Below, piece after piece: positions 33,978-45,300 of a stretch of DNA of 64,000 bases; position 1 is the stretch's first letter, and every line of letters starts with the position of its first letter. The stretch comes from Botryllus schlosseri (lineage: Eukaryota): assembly GCA_051294905.1 (NCBI GenBank), contig CM119372.1, positions 36,952,001 to 37,016,000 of the forward strand. The letters are read 5' to 3'. The notes beneath the pieces are model-generated. The model ran no database searches. It worked only from the letters and a program-made list of their open reading frames with translations, and was not told where the DNA came from. The translations under genes were made by a program, and so were the position numbers.

Positions 33978-35160
33978 TAGGGCGATTTTTTTTTTACATA
34001 AAAAACAGAAGATTTTGACCTAAAAAATTTAAATTTTGACTTTTTTTGACCTAAAAAAAAACTGAAATTTGACCAAATTTTGACCTCACGTATGCAAATT
34101 AGGTGTTTTCGCACATAATGTTAAAATTGTACTACTTATCTTCATTTCTGGTTGGAACTGTCTGTCCTTACAAAGTAGATTGGCCTGAAAGAACGTTTTT
34201 GGCTCAAAAACTGACAAATTTTTACATGAAAAAACTAGTATTTGAACGAAATCTGGCCCTATGAAGAATTGCAGTAGTTACATTACGTATTATGGTGGAA
34301 TAATTAAAATTTGTGGTAGTACAACGAAAGATACTTTCCTACATTCTCGGGTAGAAATTGTTTGTTTGTTTTGTTTGTATGTTTTGTGGTATTCATGGTG
34401 TTTGTCAACTACTATGGTCATTTACACAAGGCCGATATTCTTCATTATTTTCCGTAACTGCCAACATATAGCACGGCCCACTTCTAGGCTTTTTTATAAG
34501 ACACCGCTTACGCGGATGAGGTGGCGAGGAGGAGCCTAGGTAAACCTCAAACACTTAGCTATCGGAATTATGAAGTCGACCTCGGTCGGAATCGAACCCA
34601 CACGCATTGGTGTTGCAGCCGCGGATTATACCACTGCGGTATCTCGGGTAGAAAGTGTCTGTTCTTACTAAGTAGCTTGTCAAGAATGCAGAAAGAACGT
34701 TCAACAGCAGCAGTTGTTAGCTGACAACACTGAAGTTGTGTGCACACTGCTTGCTGGTGATGTACCGTGTTGCTTCATTCTGACAATGTTGTCTATATCA
34801 CAATTTTTCAGCTTGCGCTTCTTGATGTAAGAACCATGCAATGCCCAAGCAGTCTTGCTTCAGTTAGGATATTGCGGTACATTGACCACAAAACCATGTC
34901 ACTATTTGTTTTATTTGACCGTTTATGATTCACAATGAGCAGACGATGGGCCGTTTACAACGGTAGGCCTATAAAGTAGCATATACAGCCGGTAAATTAT
35001 CAAATGATAAGTTCACAGACAACGCAAAATCTACGATACAAACTAAATGTAGAGGTCAAAAATGTTTGATTTTGTAAACAATTTTGACAAATTTTGACCT
35101 AACGCTACAATTTTGACTTAATTTTGACTTTTTTTGACATGTCAAAAAAAAATCGCCCTA
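33978..35160. mobile_element. hAT-type MITE (TAGGGCGATTTTT termini) hosting SINE2a
   Basis: TIR TAGGGCGATTTTTT; perfect TSD GTTATTAC (33970-33977, 35161-35168); same family as 56907-57645. Confidence 0.8.
34358..34641 (-). mobile_element. tRNA-derived SINE, family 2 copy a
   Basis: A box GCAGTGGTATAA, B box GGTTCGATTCC, (CAAA)n-like tail. 13-bp TSD TCTCGGGTAGAAA at 34345-34357 and 34642-34654. Confidence 0.8.
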
Positions 35161-35169
35161 GTTATTACA

Positions 35170-35265
35170 TATTAAGTCTGATTTATGAACTTGTATTTGC
35201 TCTGACAACATCTTAATTGCTGGTATAGGGGTGGAAATAGTAAGCCGCATATCACAATACATATT
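35170..35265 (-). pseudogene. Buster-type hAT transposase extreme C-terminal remnant
   Basis: CDMRLTISTPIPAIKMLSEQIQVHKS resembles the DLRxxLS..PxIxxL..QxHxSH terminus of Buster/Charlie transposases. Confidence 0.4.
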
Positions 35266-38200
35266 CAAGAAACTGCACTGCTTTGGCGTCAGACGTAATG
35301 GTATGCAATATCCTGATGAGCACATCACTGAAATAATTAAAGCTGGAGTGGCCAATCTGAAATCACACTCATGATCCAAATTATGTCAATCTCGTTTAGG
35401 ATTTATGTGATGTTTAGCAATCAAAACCTTTTAACATGCGTGGGCCTTGAGATCTGGCTGTCGCACCAGAAATTGAACATCAAAATATTATAGGAAGTAT
35501 TTAATGTAGAACAGTGATTCTCAAACTTTTTAAGACACGCCCCCTCCCTTATGATGGTGAAAGATTTCGCGCCTCCCTTATCGTCATATCACAAAACGCA
35601 ACCAAGATGCTATAGCAAACCTAACGGACAGTTTTGATGGCATGGAAGGTTACGACTGTGGATGAGAGATTTTGAAAAATGAAATACAGACTGAATACAG
35701 AGCAGTAATTATGAATAGGATGTAAATCGCGCGAAGCGCGAAAATTTTTCGTAGTTCAGATCAGCTTCGCGCCCACCAGATGCTCTCACGCTCCCCAGTT
35801 TGAGTACCACTGCTTCTTAGAATTATCATGGTGAAATATAATAAGAAAAAGTTTAATCAAGTCCCTGCAATAATTTGATTTTTAGTACGCATTTTATCAT
35901 TATTTCTAATAAGTTTCTTCGGACCCTTGCGGGCCGCATAGAACGATGTTGAGGGCTGCATGCGGCCCGCGGGCCGTAGTTTGCCCATCCCTGGTCTATG
36001 GTTTTAGGCATTAAAAAAGCAAGTTTTATGTTTTGAATTCTAAGCTACCTTTCGAGGGCCGCACAAAATAGCTTCGAGGGCCGCACTTTGTCCAGGTCTG
36101 GTCTGTATTATTGTACACGATACGCTACCTAGCGACGACTCGGGCCACATAATGTCACAATGCTGAAGTACACATTGACTTTGAAACGTCGCCAAATGTA
36201 TCGACTGGGGCAATCAAATGACATAATAATCCCATAAAATCAATACTTTCCGTCGATTTGCCAACAATTTTGACGAGGACCTGCAAGGGAATATATGCTT
36301 ACGCCTACCGGTCTAGGCTAGACCGAACAATGTAGTCGGCGTCCGAGTAGTGCCACGTTGATATTGAGCAAAGTGTAAAACTGGTTTCCATACTTGCTAC
36401 CGATATTACTCCATTAAAAAGTTAAACAGCAGTAGCCAACACCTAGGATAGTGACAGCACTTCGTCAGCCCCCCCCCCCCAAACGTTGGTTTTTGGCCCC
36501 ATAGGGGGATAAACCGACCTTCTGGGAGGATTCGCCCCCCAAACCCCACTCAAGCTATCCGCTTTTCGCGTTACTCATCAGATACATTGCGGTTAATTGG
36601 CTGGGTGCTGTCTCGTGAATGCGCGACGAATTTCGATAATTCATGATTGAATCGGTCAATATGATCGGGAATTGCATGAATATTGCTATCAATTTCTCAT
36701 CCTCCCTCTGTTCACGTAACCAGATTTACCGGTAGAGCTGAGTAAGGTGTGATGGCAAAGGTAGGACCTCTAAGTAATAATTAAACCTCTTCGGGCGGAC
36801 CCATTAGAAGAATGACTTCGTTTCATGATGCTATTTCGTGACCTCCTGTATCTGTTTTATCAAAACATATTGAAATCGCCCAAACTTATTAAACTAAATG
36901 ACGCACACGATTTCAAATTGGTATTTCTTTACTGGCAAATAATTTTTCCCTGCTGGATGGCATTTGTCTTGTGGGGTTAAGATTGCCTGGACAGGAACGT
37001 TCGGCGCCAACGCTTTAGGCGCCTCTGGTCAATTAAACATATATGTATAATATACATTACATATATATAGATGTTTTCGGTCAGCACAAGGGCAGTCCTT
37101 TTCGGCCTAGATCCTTTCGTTGCTGATAGTTCAGGCACACTTTTGGAGTCGCATGTTACATGGCCTATAACTTCATATTTCGTGGAGCTTCTTGGCGCGG
37201 TACTGACCGACGCCCAATTGCTCATTTGTATATATCATGCGTATTTTTGTTCGGGAAAGGTACCCAATATTCAAGATATTTGGCAATATAAAATCGCACC
37301 GGGCGCGAAAATTTTTTGAAAAGGTTACATAAATTTTTCAACGAAATACTCTTCAATTTATGTTAATTAACGAAATAATTTGGGGCCCCCTTCGAACTTG
37401 CTTCCCCCTCCAATTGAGGGGTTTGTGGTGCGGCAGTTACGGTCCTGCCAACACATTAATAACACGTATTTTGTTTTATGATACAATAAGAATGTAAAGT
37501 CAAGATTGACCCCGAACGTCAGCTAGATTTTCACATCAGACAACGATATAATTATCATTGATTGGTTTGAATAAGCATCATTCGCTGACTACATATAGTT
37601 TATTTCACCATTGATGTTGTGTCATTGCGGGTCAAGCTCACAGCACGGAGTTACTAAATAATATCAAACGGAAAGCCGGATATTTCGAGCAAACTTTTGT
37701 AGCAAAGCAAGTGAAATTTTTGAGATTTTCAAGGTGGACGCTCGTTCAGTGTTGATTTTTTTATGCTGCCAGCGTCATGCATAGAGTGGCCGCAGTTGAA
37801 ATGCAATAAATTTCAACCAATGATGTTACAATGAAGTGACAATGAAGGTTTTATACCAATACGTACCGTTCCTCTGATGTGTGTCCTACGCTATGTCGGA
37901 AGTCGCCGAAATGCACGATTTTCCTTTACAGCAGCGGATCCTGTACTTTTTTAGCGCGACGCAAATCTTGGGTTTATTGACATTTCGCGACTCAAGCCTC
38001 TCACATCGACATGAAAGCATTCACAATGTTATTATGATACTTTGTTAATGGCAGGGGAAGATAGGGGTGATGTGGGAATATGTACACAGGGGCACAAGCA
38101 CAACGCTACATCGTCAATATTTTTAAAACGCGAAAGAAAGAATATATGTCGTTTCGATGATTTAGTTGTGTAATATCAGTCATAGTCCTGATGTGGTTTG

Positions 38201-38579
38201 ATTTCGCCGGGATCGCTGCTTTTGTGAGAAAATGACGAATTTCCCAATTGCGAGCGTAAATTTACATCGCTACCTTTCCATAGAGTTTTAGATAGGCACA
38301 TCTCATGCGTTTTGCTCATAATTAGTACACAGCTTGGTCAGAGTAGTCATTGTGGTTTTAAAAAAGTTTTTGGTGTTTTTGCTTTGAATAAGCGGGTGGG
38401 ACAATTTGGCTCGGGCGCAATGCTGCATTGATATCCAAAGCAGATACATAAAAATGTTACGAAGAGTGCGCAAAAGTGAAATCGTACCAATACCCGCTTA
38501 AAAACATCCCCTGAAGTGTCACGCAATAAATTGAGGACATTAAGATCATTTTACCACACTGTTAAAAATATTCTATGCC

Positions 38580-38965
38580 AAATTACTGGTCTGGTCCTGG
38601 CAGCAGTTTTACGACTCTGAGACCAGTAAATTTGAAAAATATTTTCCCGTAAATATTATTGACCGTAATTTATTTTTACAAATACTGACTGTTAAAATTT
38701 TTACGGAATACTCCCGTTACTTGATGTAACGGAAAACGGCTGTAATACCAAGTTACTGGTCTAGTCCAGTGCAGCAGTTTTACGCTGATGAGACCAGTAA
38801 ATTCGAAATAACTCTCCCCGTAATATGATTTTACATATGCTGACCGTAGGAAATTTTACGGAACATTTCCGTAACCTAAGGTAACAGAAATCTGCTGTAA
38901 TATCAATATACTCGTCTGGTCCCTTGCAGCAGTTTTACGTTCCTGAGACCAGTAAATTTGAATCA
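38580..38965. repeat. Tandem repeat, about 165-170-bp unit, about 2.3 copies
   Basis: GCAGCAGTTTTACG..GAGACCAGTAAATT recurs at about 38600, 38770 and 38927. Confidence 0.8.
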
Positions 38966-40479
38966 GGTTTATTTGGTGCGGGAACACGTAAAAAAAAAGT
39001 AAGTGTGGATAATGACGGAAATCCAGTCTTTCTTGTGGAGATCATCGGTCAGCAACTGCCTGAATGAAGAGGGCTTCATCAAAACTTCAGCAGCAGTTGA
39101 AGGACTGTACTTTGGGCCATGCTCTTTTGTAGGTTCTTCTATAATCTGAACAAAGATTATGCTGTCATCAACACCGTTACAATTTGGAAACTTTGAGACG
39201 CTATAGTATGACATACTGCGACTTTTCATATTCTTGTCAATTTCTCAAATAATGATTGCCTAGGATAGCGATGTCGAACGTAAGGCCAGCAGGCCGCATG
39301 CGGCCTGCGAAGCAATTCTGAGTAGTTTGAAAAACCCCTGTATTACCCAGCACATTTTCTAACAAATGTTGAGATATTATTGTAAGAAATGCTTCCCGCA
39401 AGGCCACAAATGTCAAGATCATAGACCGTAATATAATTATCCGACAGTGGTGTTATGGTTTTACTCTAGTCGTCATCAGGAACAAGTTGGTGATACTGAC
39501 ATCCAATTCCAAAAAGTGCACACTGAGTTCATATTTTTATGAAGAAATGAGCCAAAAAGTAGTTATTCGTGAAGTGAAAAAAAAACTGTTATATGCAGGT
39601 CGCATGGAGAATATAATAGTTATAAAAAATACAATTCAAATATATTTGGTCGCACTACTGTATCACTTCTACTCAAAGGCCCCAGACAGACAGAGAAACC
39701 CGAATGACGATTAATAATGAGCCAAATTCTAACGTCTGGTTTACAATTAAATCACTTGTGTTCCTCAAAGCGCATACGATGAGTTAACGGCAGTTTACGA
39801 TTAAAACAAAGGGAGCATACAAATATGTCAGCTTATTCCGTGGTTAGAGTCAGTGTTCAAGCGGTTGAATTCAAACGATCAATCTTTGAATTTTTGCCAA
39901 ACTTCCGTTGTTTGCGAGTAAAGGTGCTGCTAGAATATATCCATATGATATGATCGTGAATGTTATGTAATATACCAAAATGTATACAGGATTGATAATA
40001 AACTATTCAAGCGAAAAGTAAGGTCGGGCGTTTTGATGTACCGTAACATTTTGGAATGATTTGACTGATCCGGCCCGCGAGCGGTTTGAAAGTTTGAATC
40101 TGGCCAGCGACGCAAGTTGAGTTTGGCCTAGGACTTCGTACCTGAATCATCTTTTCCAGCGTGATTGCAAACTTTTCTGGCAATACTCCTTTGCATCGCA
40201 CGTCCAATGTATTTCGCACTGCATCGTGCTAGAAGCGAGAGGCGAAATGATCCCTTTCTATCACATAAGCATTCGACGTCATGATTCATAATGCCATAAC
40301 GCTTCTATTTTCGTGTAGTTCAATGTCAGAAAATGTAATACATTCTTATAAGCCATAGCTTCTGTTCACCATTAAACTGTAACGAAAATACATACGTCTT
40401 CAGAAACAGGACTGAGAATAACTTGCCAGATTTGAGCTCGGATACTGCTATACCTACAATATCTGCTATCAACACCTGC

Positions 40480-41030
40480 AATATTCTAAAGCTAGAGTTA
40501 AGCTGTGGCTTCGAAACCCTCAATAACTTACAGCATGGAAAACTGAATTCATTCAGTTTTCCATGCTTACAGCAACGCATCTTGTTATTATCCAATACGA
40601 AAACATCGCGTCGATATAATATCATCTGTCTCGGAACATTCAGCCGCACGTGCTCAGGCTCAGATGTGTCTGACGCCACTATGTCTGGAATATGTATGAC
40701 GTCACAATGTACTGTTCGCTGGAGCAGCTACGAATTGATGATCAAACAATCCACAAGGCCATTCGCAGGAAAAAGGTAAAGGACGTCTACTACTCTCGTC
40801 TCAATGGCAAAGGAGCATGGCGGCTAAACACCAGCTCCGGTGTTTCGATATATAGTTTGCATCATACATGCGTTAAGGAGTCTACAATGGTGGCAGAACT
40901 GGTCCAACAGATAATTACACAAAATATCATACCTGCAGTAAAACTACATAACATACCAAATTCGCTTGCCATGCTACTATTGCTAGACCTTGATGTCTCT
41001 AAGGATACTATTTATAAAGCGATATAAACG
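40480..41030 (+). pseudogene. Degenerate Mutator (MuDR)-like transposase N-terminal remnant
   Basis: Across two frames: LELSCGFETLNNLQ..SNTKTSRRYNIIC, then GAWRLNTSS..IYSLHHTC..DLDVSKDTIYKAI. The spacing resembles MuDR-type F..C..W..HTC..SY..A motifs; recognition by eye only. Confidence 0.4.
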
Positions 41031-42260
41031 ATGGTATCTGCAATGCCCAAATGTTCGGATACCATTCACCGATTAGCAATCAGCACGGCCATCGATGTCG
41101 TAATTTGGTTGATGATTGAAACATGATGTAATTACGAAAATCATATATATATATTATATATGTCCATAAGACCGTAAGCGTGTAAAATGATCGAATTGTG
41201 AGTTCAATAGCAATGTTGCAAATAATGATTATCCAGTAAATCGCTTTTACGAATGCAAAAGTGAATCCGGAATACTTATTATCCAGTAAATTGCTTTTAC
41301 AAATCTAAAAGTAAATCTGAAATACTGGTTATCCCGTAAATTGCTTCTACGAATTCAATCTGTAATTTTTTTACCCTCTAAAAACAAGTAAATTTACTTT
41401 TGACGTGCCCGTATATTAATTTAACGGGCATTTACCGTTAATATAACTGACGGGACAAATTTACCGGTATAATTTGGGTAAATCTACGAATATTTCTAAG
41501 AGTGCACCCCTTACAATAAATATGGATCGGCGAGCAGTCATTTTCTTTAGGGGTTCTGAGTTTCCTGCTAAGTATTTTATTTCGTAGTTTCAAATCATTT
41601 TTTCTTATGAAATATGTGTTTTACGTTCCTCAATCGTTTTGCTAAAGTTCATCGGTATTTCTTGGCTCGATTTATTCGTTTCTATGGGATGACTATGCGC
41701 CAAAATCGCTAAAATAATTCTTATAAAATATCAGTCGGCATAAGTGATCTAACCACGCGAGTCGAGAAATTATTTTCAGATAATCATTGGATTTTGTCTG
41801 CAACATAAGTTTTTGCTTACCACCATACTTTTAGTTTCCACTCAGCCCACGCGCTCCAATGTACCGGTGGAGCTGATGCAGGTGACTACGAAAATTTAGG
41901 GAAATAAAGGAGTCATGTCCAATTGTCCATGCGTAAACACTTTTCTGCGCGTATCGCTCATTGGCTGTAGTACCCAACACAGTGAACTTGAACATTTTTA
42001 AATTAGCCACAGGAGATCGCATGAAAGGAAGAGAAACTATTTTGTCGCGAGAAATTCAACTATATAATATGATATATATATTAAACGATCACTTCGGTGT
42101 TGTCCCGTGCTCTATGTGCGCTTAGACTCTCCGCGTCTCATGCTCGGGTCGCGACCCCATACTTTTAAAATCCCTTCTTCAGAATGTGCGATGACCATTT
42201 CGGCAGAAAAGTCTTGGCTATTCACCAAACAAATGATACAGAAACAGTTGCCCAGTACTA

Positions 42261-42266
42261 TTTATT
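42261..42266 (-). terminator. Candidate polyadenylation signal of gene B
   Basis: AATAAA on the minus strand about 60 nt downstream of the TGA at 42328-42330. Confidence 0.45.
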
Positions 42267-42327
42267 TCGCAATTATCCAAAAGGAGAAATTCGTTCTGTC
42301 AGTAATAATGATCATACAGTAATAAGA

Positions 42328-45300
42328 TCACGTTTTCCGAGTCACAGCCACCGCAGCGCCCAAGATCAATATCACCATGGCGGCTGCTAGACCAGACATA
42401 ATCTTGACAGAAGAATCCTCGAGATCATCAGCGCCTTGCCCTGCTCCCGGACATATCGGTTGATCTTCCACATAGTCATTAACCCTTGGAAGAACAAATT
42501 CATCGCGGAAAGGCTGTAAGTAAGACCGTATACATGAGAACAAAGAAACCGAAGATCGATCGATAAATCTATACCACACCGTCCCATATCCTCGTTTGTA
42601 GTTCATAACGAGTCCGCCGTATTGGAAGATGGTATTCGGTTTCATGAAAGGTATTTGATGAATAGGCCCACTACCCAGAGGTGATCAGTGACGAATTACT
42701 TTTACTCTATTGGTGTAATCAAGTAGGTCTGGCGTACTTTCACTACTTACTAATGCAGTATATTTTTAGACTATATCGCAACACTTTTGCGTAAACTGTT
42801 TTTCAGGCAAAACTACTTGCTTTTCACACTTGAATTTCGTATCGGAGCATCACATTTGCTGTGTTCTTCGCCATTTTCGCACTATCGTACGCACACTACA
42901 TCAGTAATAGAGTTACTCATGACAAAGGGGAATGGGTTAGGTCAGTGGTTCTCAATAGGGATGGTGCGAACCCCGGATGGTTCGTGTTCGTGTGAACGCG
43001 AACCTTTTTGAAAGGTTCAGTGTGAACGCAATCGTGAACATGTGACGTCACGTGACGTCATAGTGCTGATTCCAACCGTACATTTCAGTAAAGTGATATA
43101 ATAATGTACACGATACCGAGCGACGACTCATGCCACATTATACTACGATGCTGAAGTACGTGCTGACTTTTCCAACATCACCAACTGCATCACTGGAGCA
43201 ATCAAATGCTATAATAATCCCATAAAATAAATATCGAGTGGATTTTTACCCACAATTACACCCGAGTAAGTCAAGGAGCATCACTCGGACTCCATGTCCT
43301 TGAAATGGCTAACAGAACCGCAATCGCCTATATTCAAGGTGCACTGACATTGACTTTGGCAGACAACTGTGTGACATCATAGCACCGATACGAAATATTC
43401 ACAGTGGCAAGGTTCGTTTATCTGCCAGTTCGACACTTCATGCGATATGCTCCACCATGAAATACTCTACCATTAGCAATTCTCTCTGATTCAAGCACGT
43501 AGTATGAAGAGTCATATTGTCTGTGAAGTCTTGCGCAAACTTTCTCTTCTCATCCGTCCATTTAATCTGTCACAATGATCATACACAACGTCAGATGTTT
43601 TACTGTTGAGTTATTGAATTTCTTGTTTTCGTTACACCCCAGGTATGTGACTGTGTAGCCTACATTAGAAATTGTACCATGTAAGTGATATTTTAAGGTT
43701 TGAGGATCCATATATATGGCAAATATATACATTAACATGTTGTACTAGTAGGCTACTTGACAGCTGAATGGCGGCACCCGATTTGAGAACCACTGTACTG
43801 CAACAAATCTTAATTATTTCTACCATATTGCGTGATGTAAATACTGGAATTCTCCATAGGTCCAGACTTCGGTAAAATAAAGTGTGTTCATGTAAGAATT
43901 TGTCAGTTTCTAAGTCAAAACGTTTTTTTCTGGTTAAACTACTTCGTAAGGACAGACAATTCCAACCTGAAATGATGATAAGTAGCACAATTCTAACATT
44001 GTGTGCAAATGCGCATAGTTTCCATACATCGCCCTAGGTATGATTTTTATTACAAAACGTAATAAATAAAAGCTTTTATTTACTGACGAATACACAGTAG
44101 GGTTGTTCAGAATTGACCGACTTTCGAAAAGTCATGGTTTTCACTCCGTTTCCCATGCCTTATGCCCTCAAAACATATTCTAGCTACTTTTTTCTGCAAC
44201 TCATCCCTTGCATCCGTGTGCATGTTGAGCTGGAAGATTATCGGCTAAAAATGGATGATTCCCTTAAAATTTCAGTGCCGCGATTTTACTTAGCCTACTA
44301 AAATGTCATATATGTCAGGGTTTAAGCAGCTGCTGTGGTTTGAGGTGATACAAAACCTCACTATAGATATTTTTCCGAGTTCAGAACACCATTATCATAT
44401 TGCACACTGCCTTGGAAATCGTCAAACTTACCTAAAACTTAGCATCGTTTTGTACGATTCGCCATGTAAAAGAATATAACTGTAAATGTTTCATACAATT
44501 GCAAAGCGACATTGTAAATATTTTATTATTCAATGAAACGTAAGAACATAACGGAAAATGGATAACGAAACGACACAACATCACAAAGAGACGGATTAAT
44601 TTGACAAAAATCCAATCCCAATCAGCTGGATGAATTGGTCGGTTTTGCGAAATGTTGAAAATCTTTGCCGGAGATCTTCCACGGCGTGTAGGAGATAGGC
44701 TTGCAGTTTTCTTTCGTGTGGTATGTGCATAGCGTGATCGGTATTTAATTTCATCATACGCGCTGCTGTACCGTTGCGTTTTTGACCATTATTCACAAAT
44801 TCTCAAGCACTCATGCAACGCGGATCACTATGCCATTCTGACACTGGAATACTCGACCTGATGGTGTTCCACTCAGCTATATCATCAATATGAATCACAA
44901 TTCAGTCCGAATCGAATACGCAATTAAAAACATGACATAGGTATCAGTCATGGAATAGGTTTACAGGAGCTTTCATAATCACAAATGCAGATGAATGATC
45001 AGATGAATAATGTGCATTTTGTGCGACTTCGAAATGCTATGGGGGGTGTCAGCTGCATGTGAATAAGATATAGATGTGTTCTGGCTGTAAGTTCACCTTG
45101 GTTACTTCATGCTGCTGCAGGCCGTCTTCTAGGTATGTTCAGTCTTATTCTTGTTGTCTGATTTTAACATTCAACACTTTATCTTTGCCGCGAATCATTC
45201 CTAATCTGGGATCTCCCTAATCATGGTAGGAGGTTATGTCTAATAGTTCTTTAAACGTCCGAAATGATCATTTTTGCCTCAATTTTCGAAATAGCTTTGC

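Larger units (their letters stand above)
38557..41504. mobile_element. Putative CACTA/CMC-type non-autonomous element with subterminal tandem repeats
   Basis: Imperfect TIR CACTGTTAAAAATATT / AATATTTCTAAGAGTG, 2-bp CA flanks. About 165-170-bp repeats at the left end and about 50-bp repeats (41230-41350) at the right end. Confidence 0.45.

Noticed and set aside
34560-34641. tRNA gene calls for the SINE heads (also 14288, 28625, 49655)
   Set aside because: A/B boxes are present, but there is no complete cloverleaf or oligo-T terminator, and each continues into a repeat body with a tail and TSD.
42943-43795. CAGTGGTTCTCAA / TTGAGAACCACTG inverted ends flanking exon 19, suggesting exon capture by a MITE
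   Set aside because: The flanks GGTTAGGT and TACTGCAA do not form a TSD, and the exon is a collinear host exon. More likely two unrelated partial elements.
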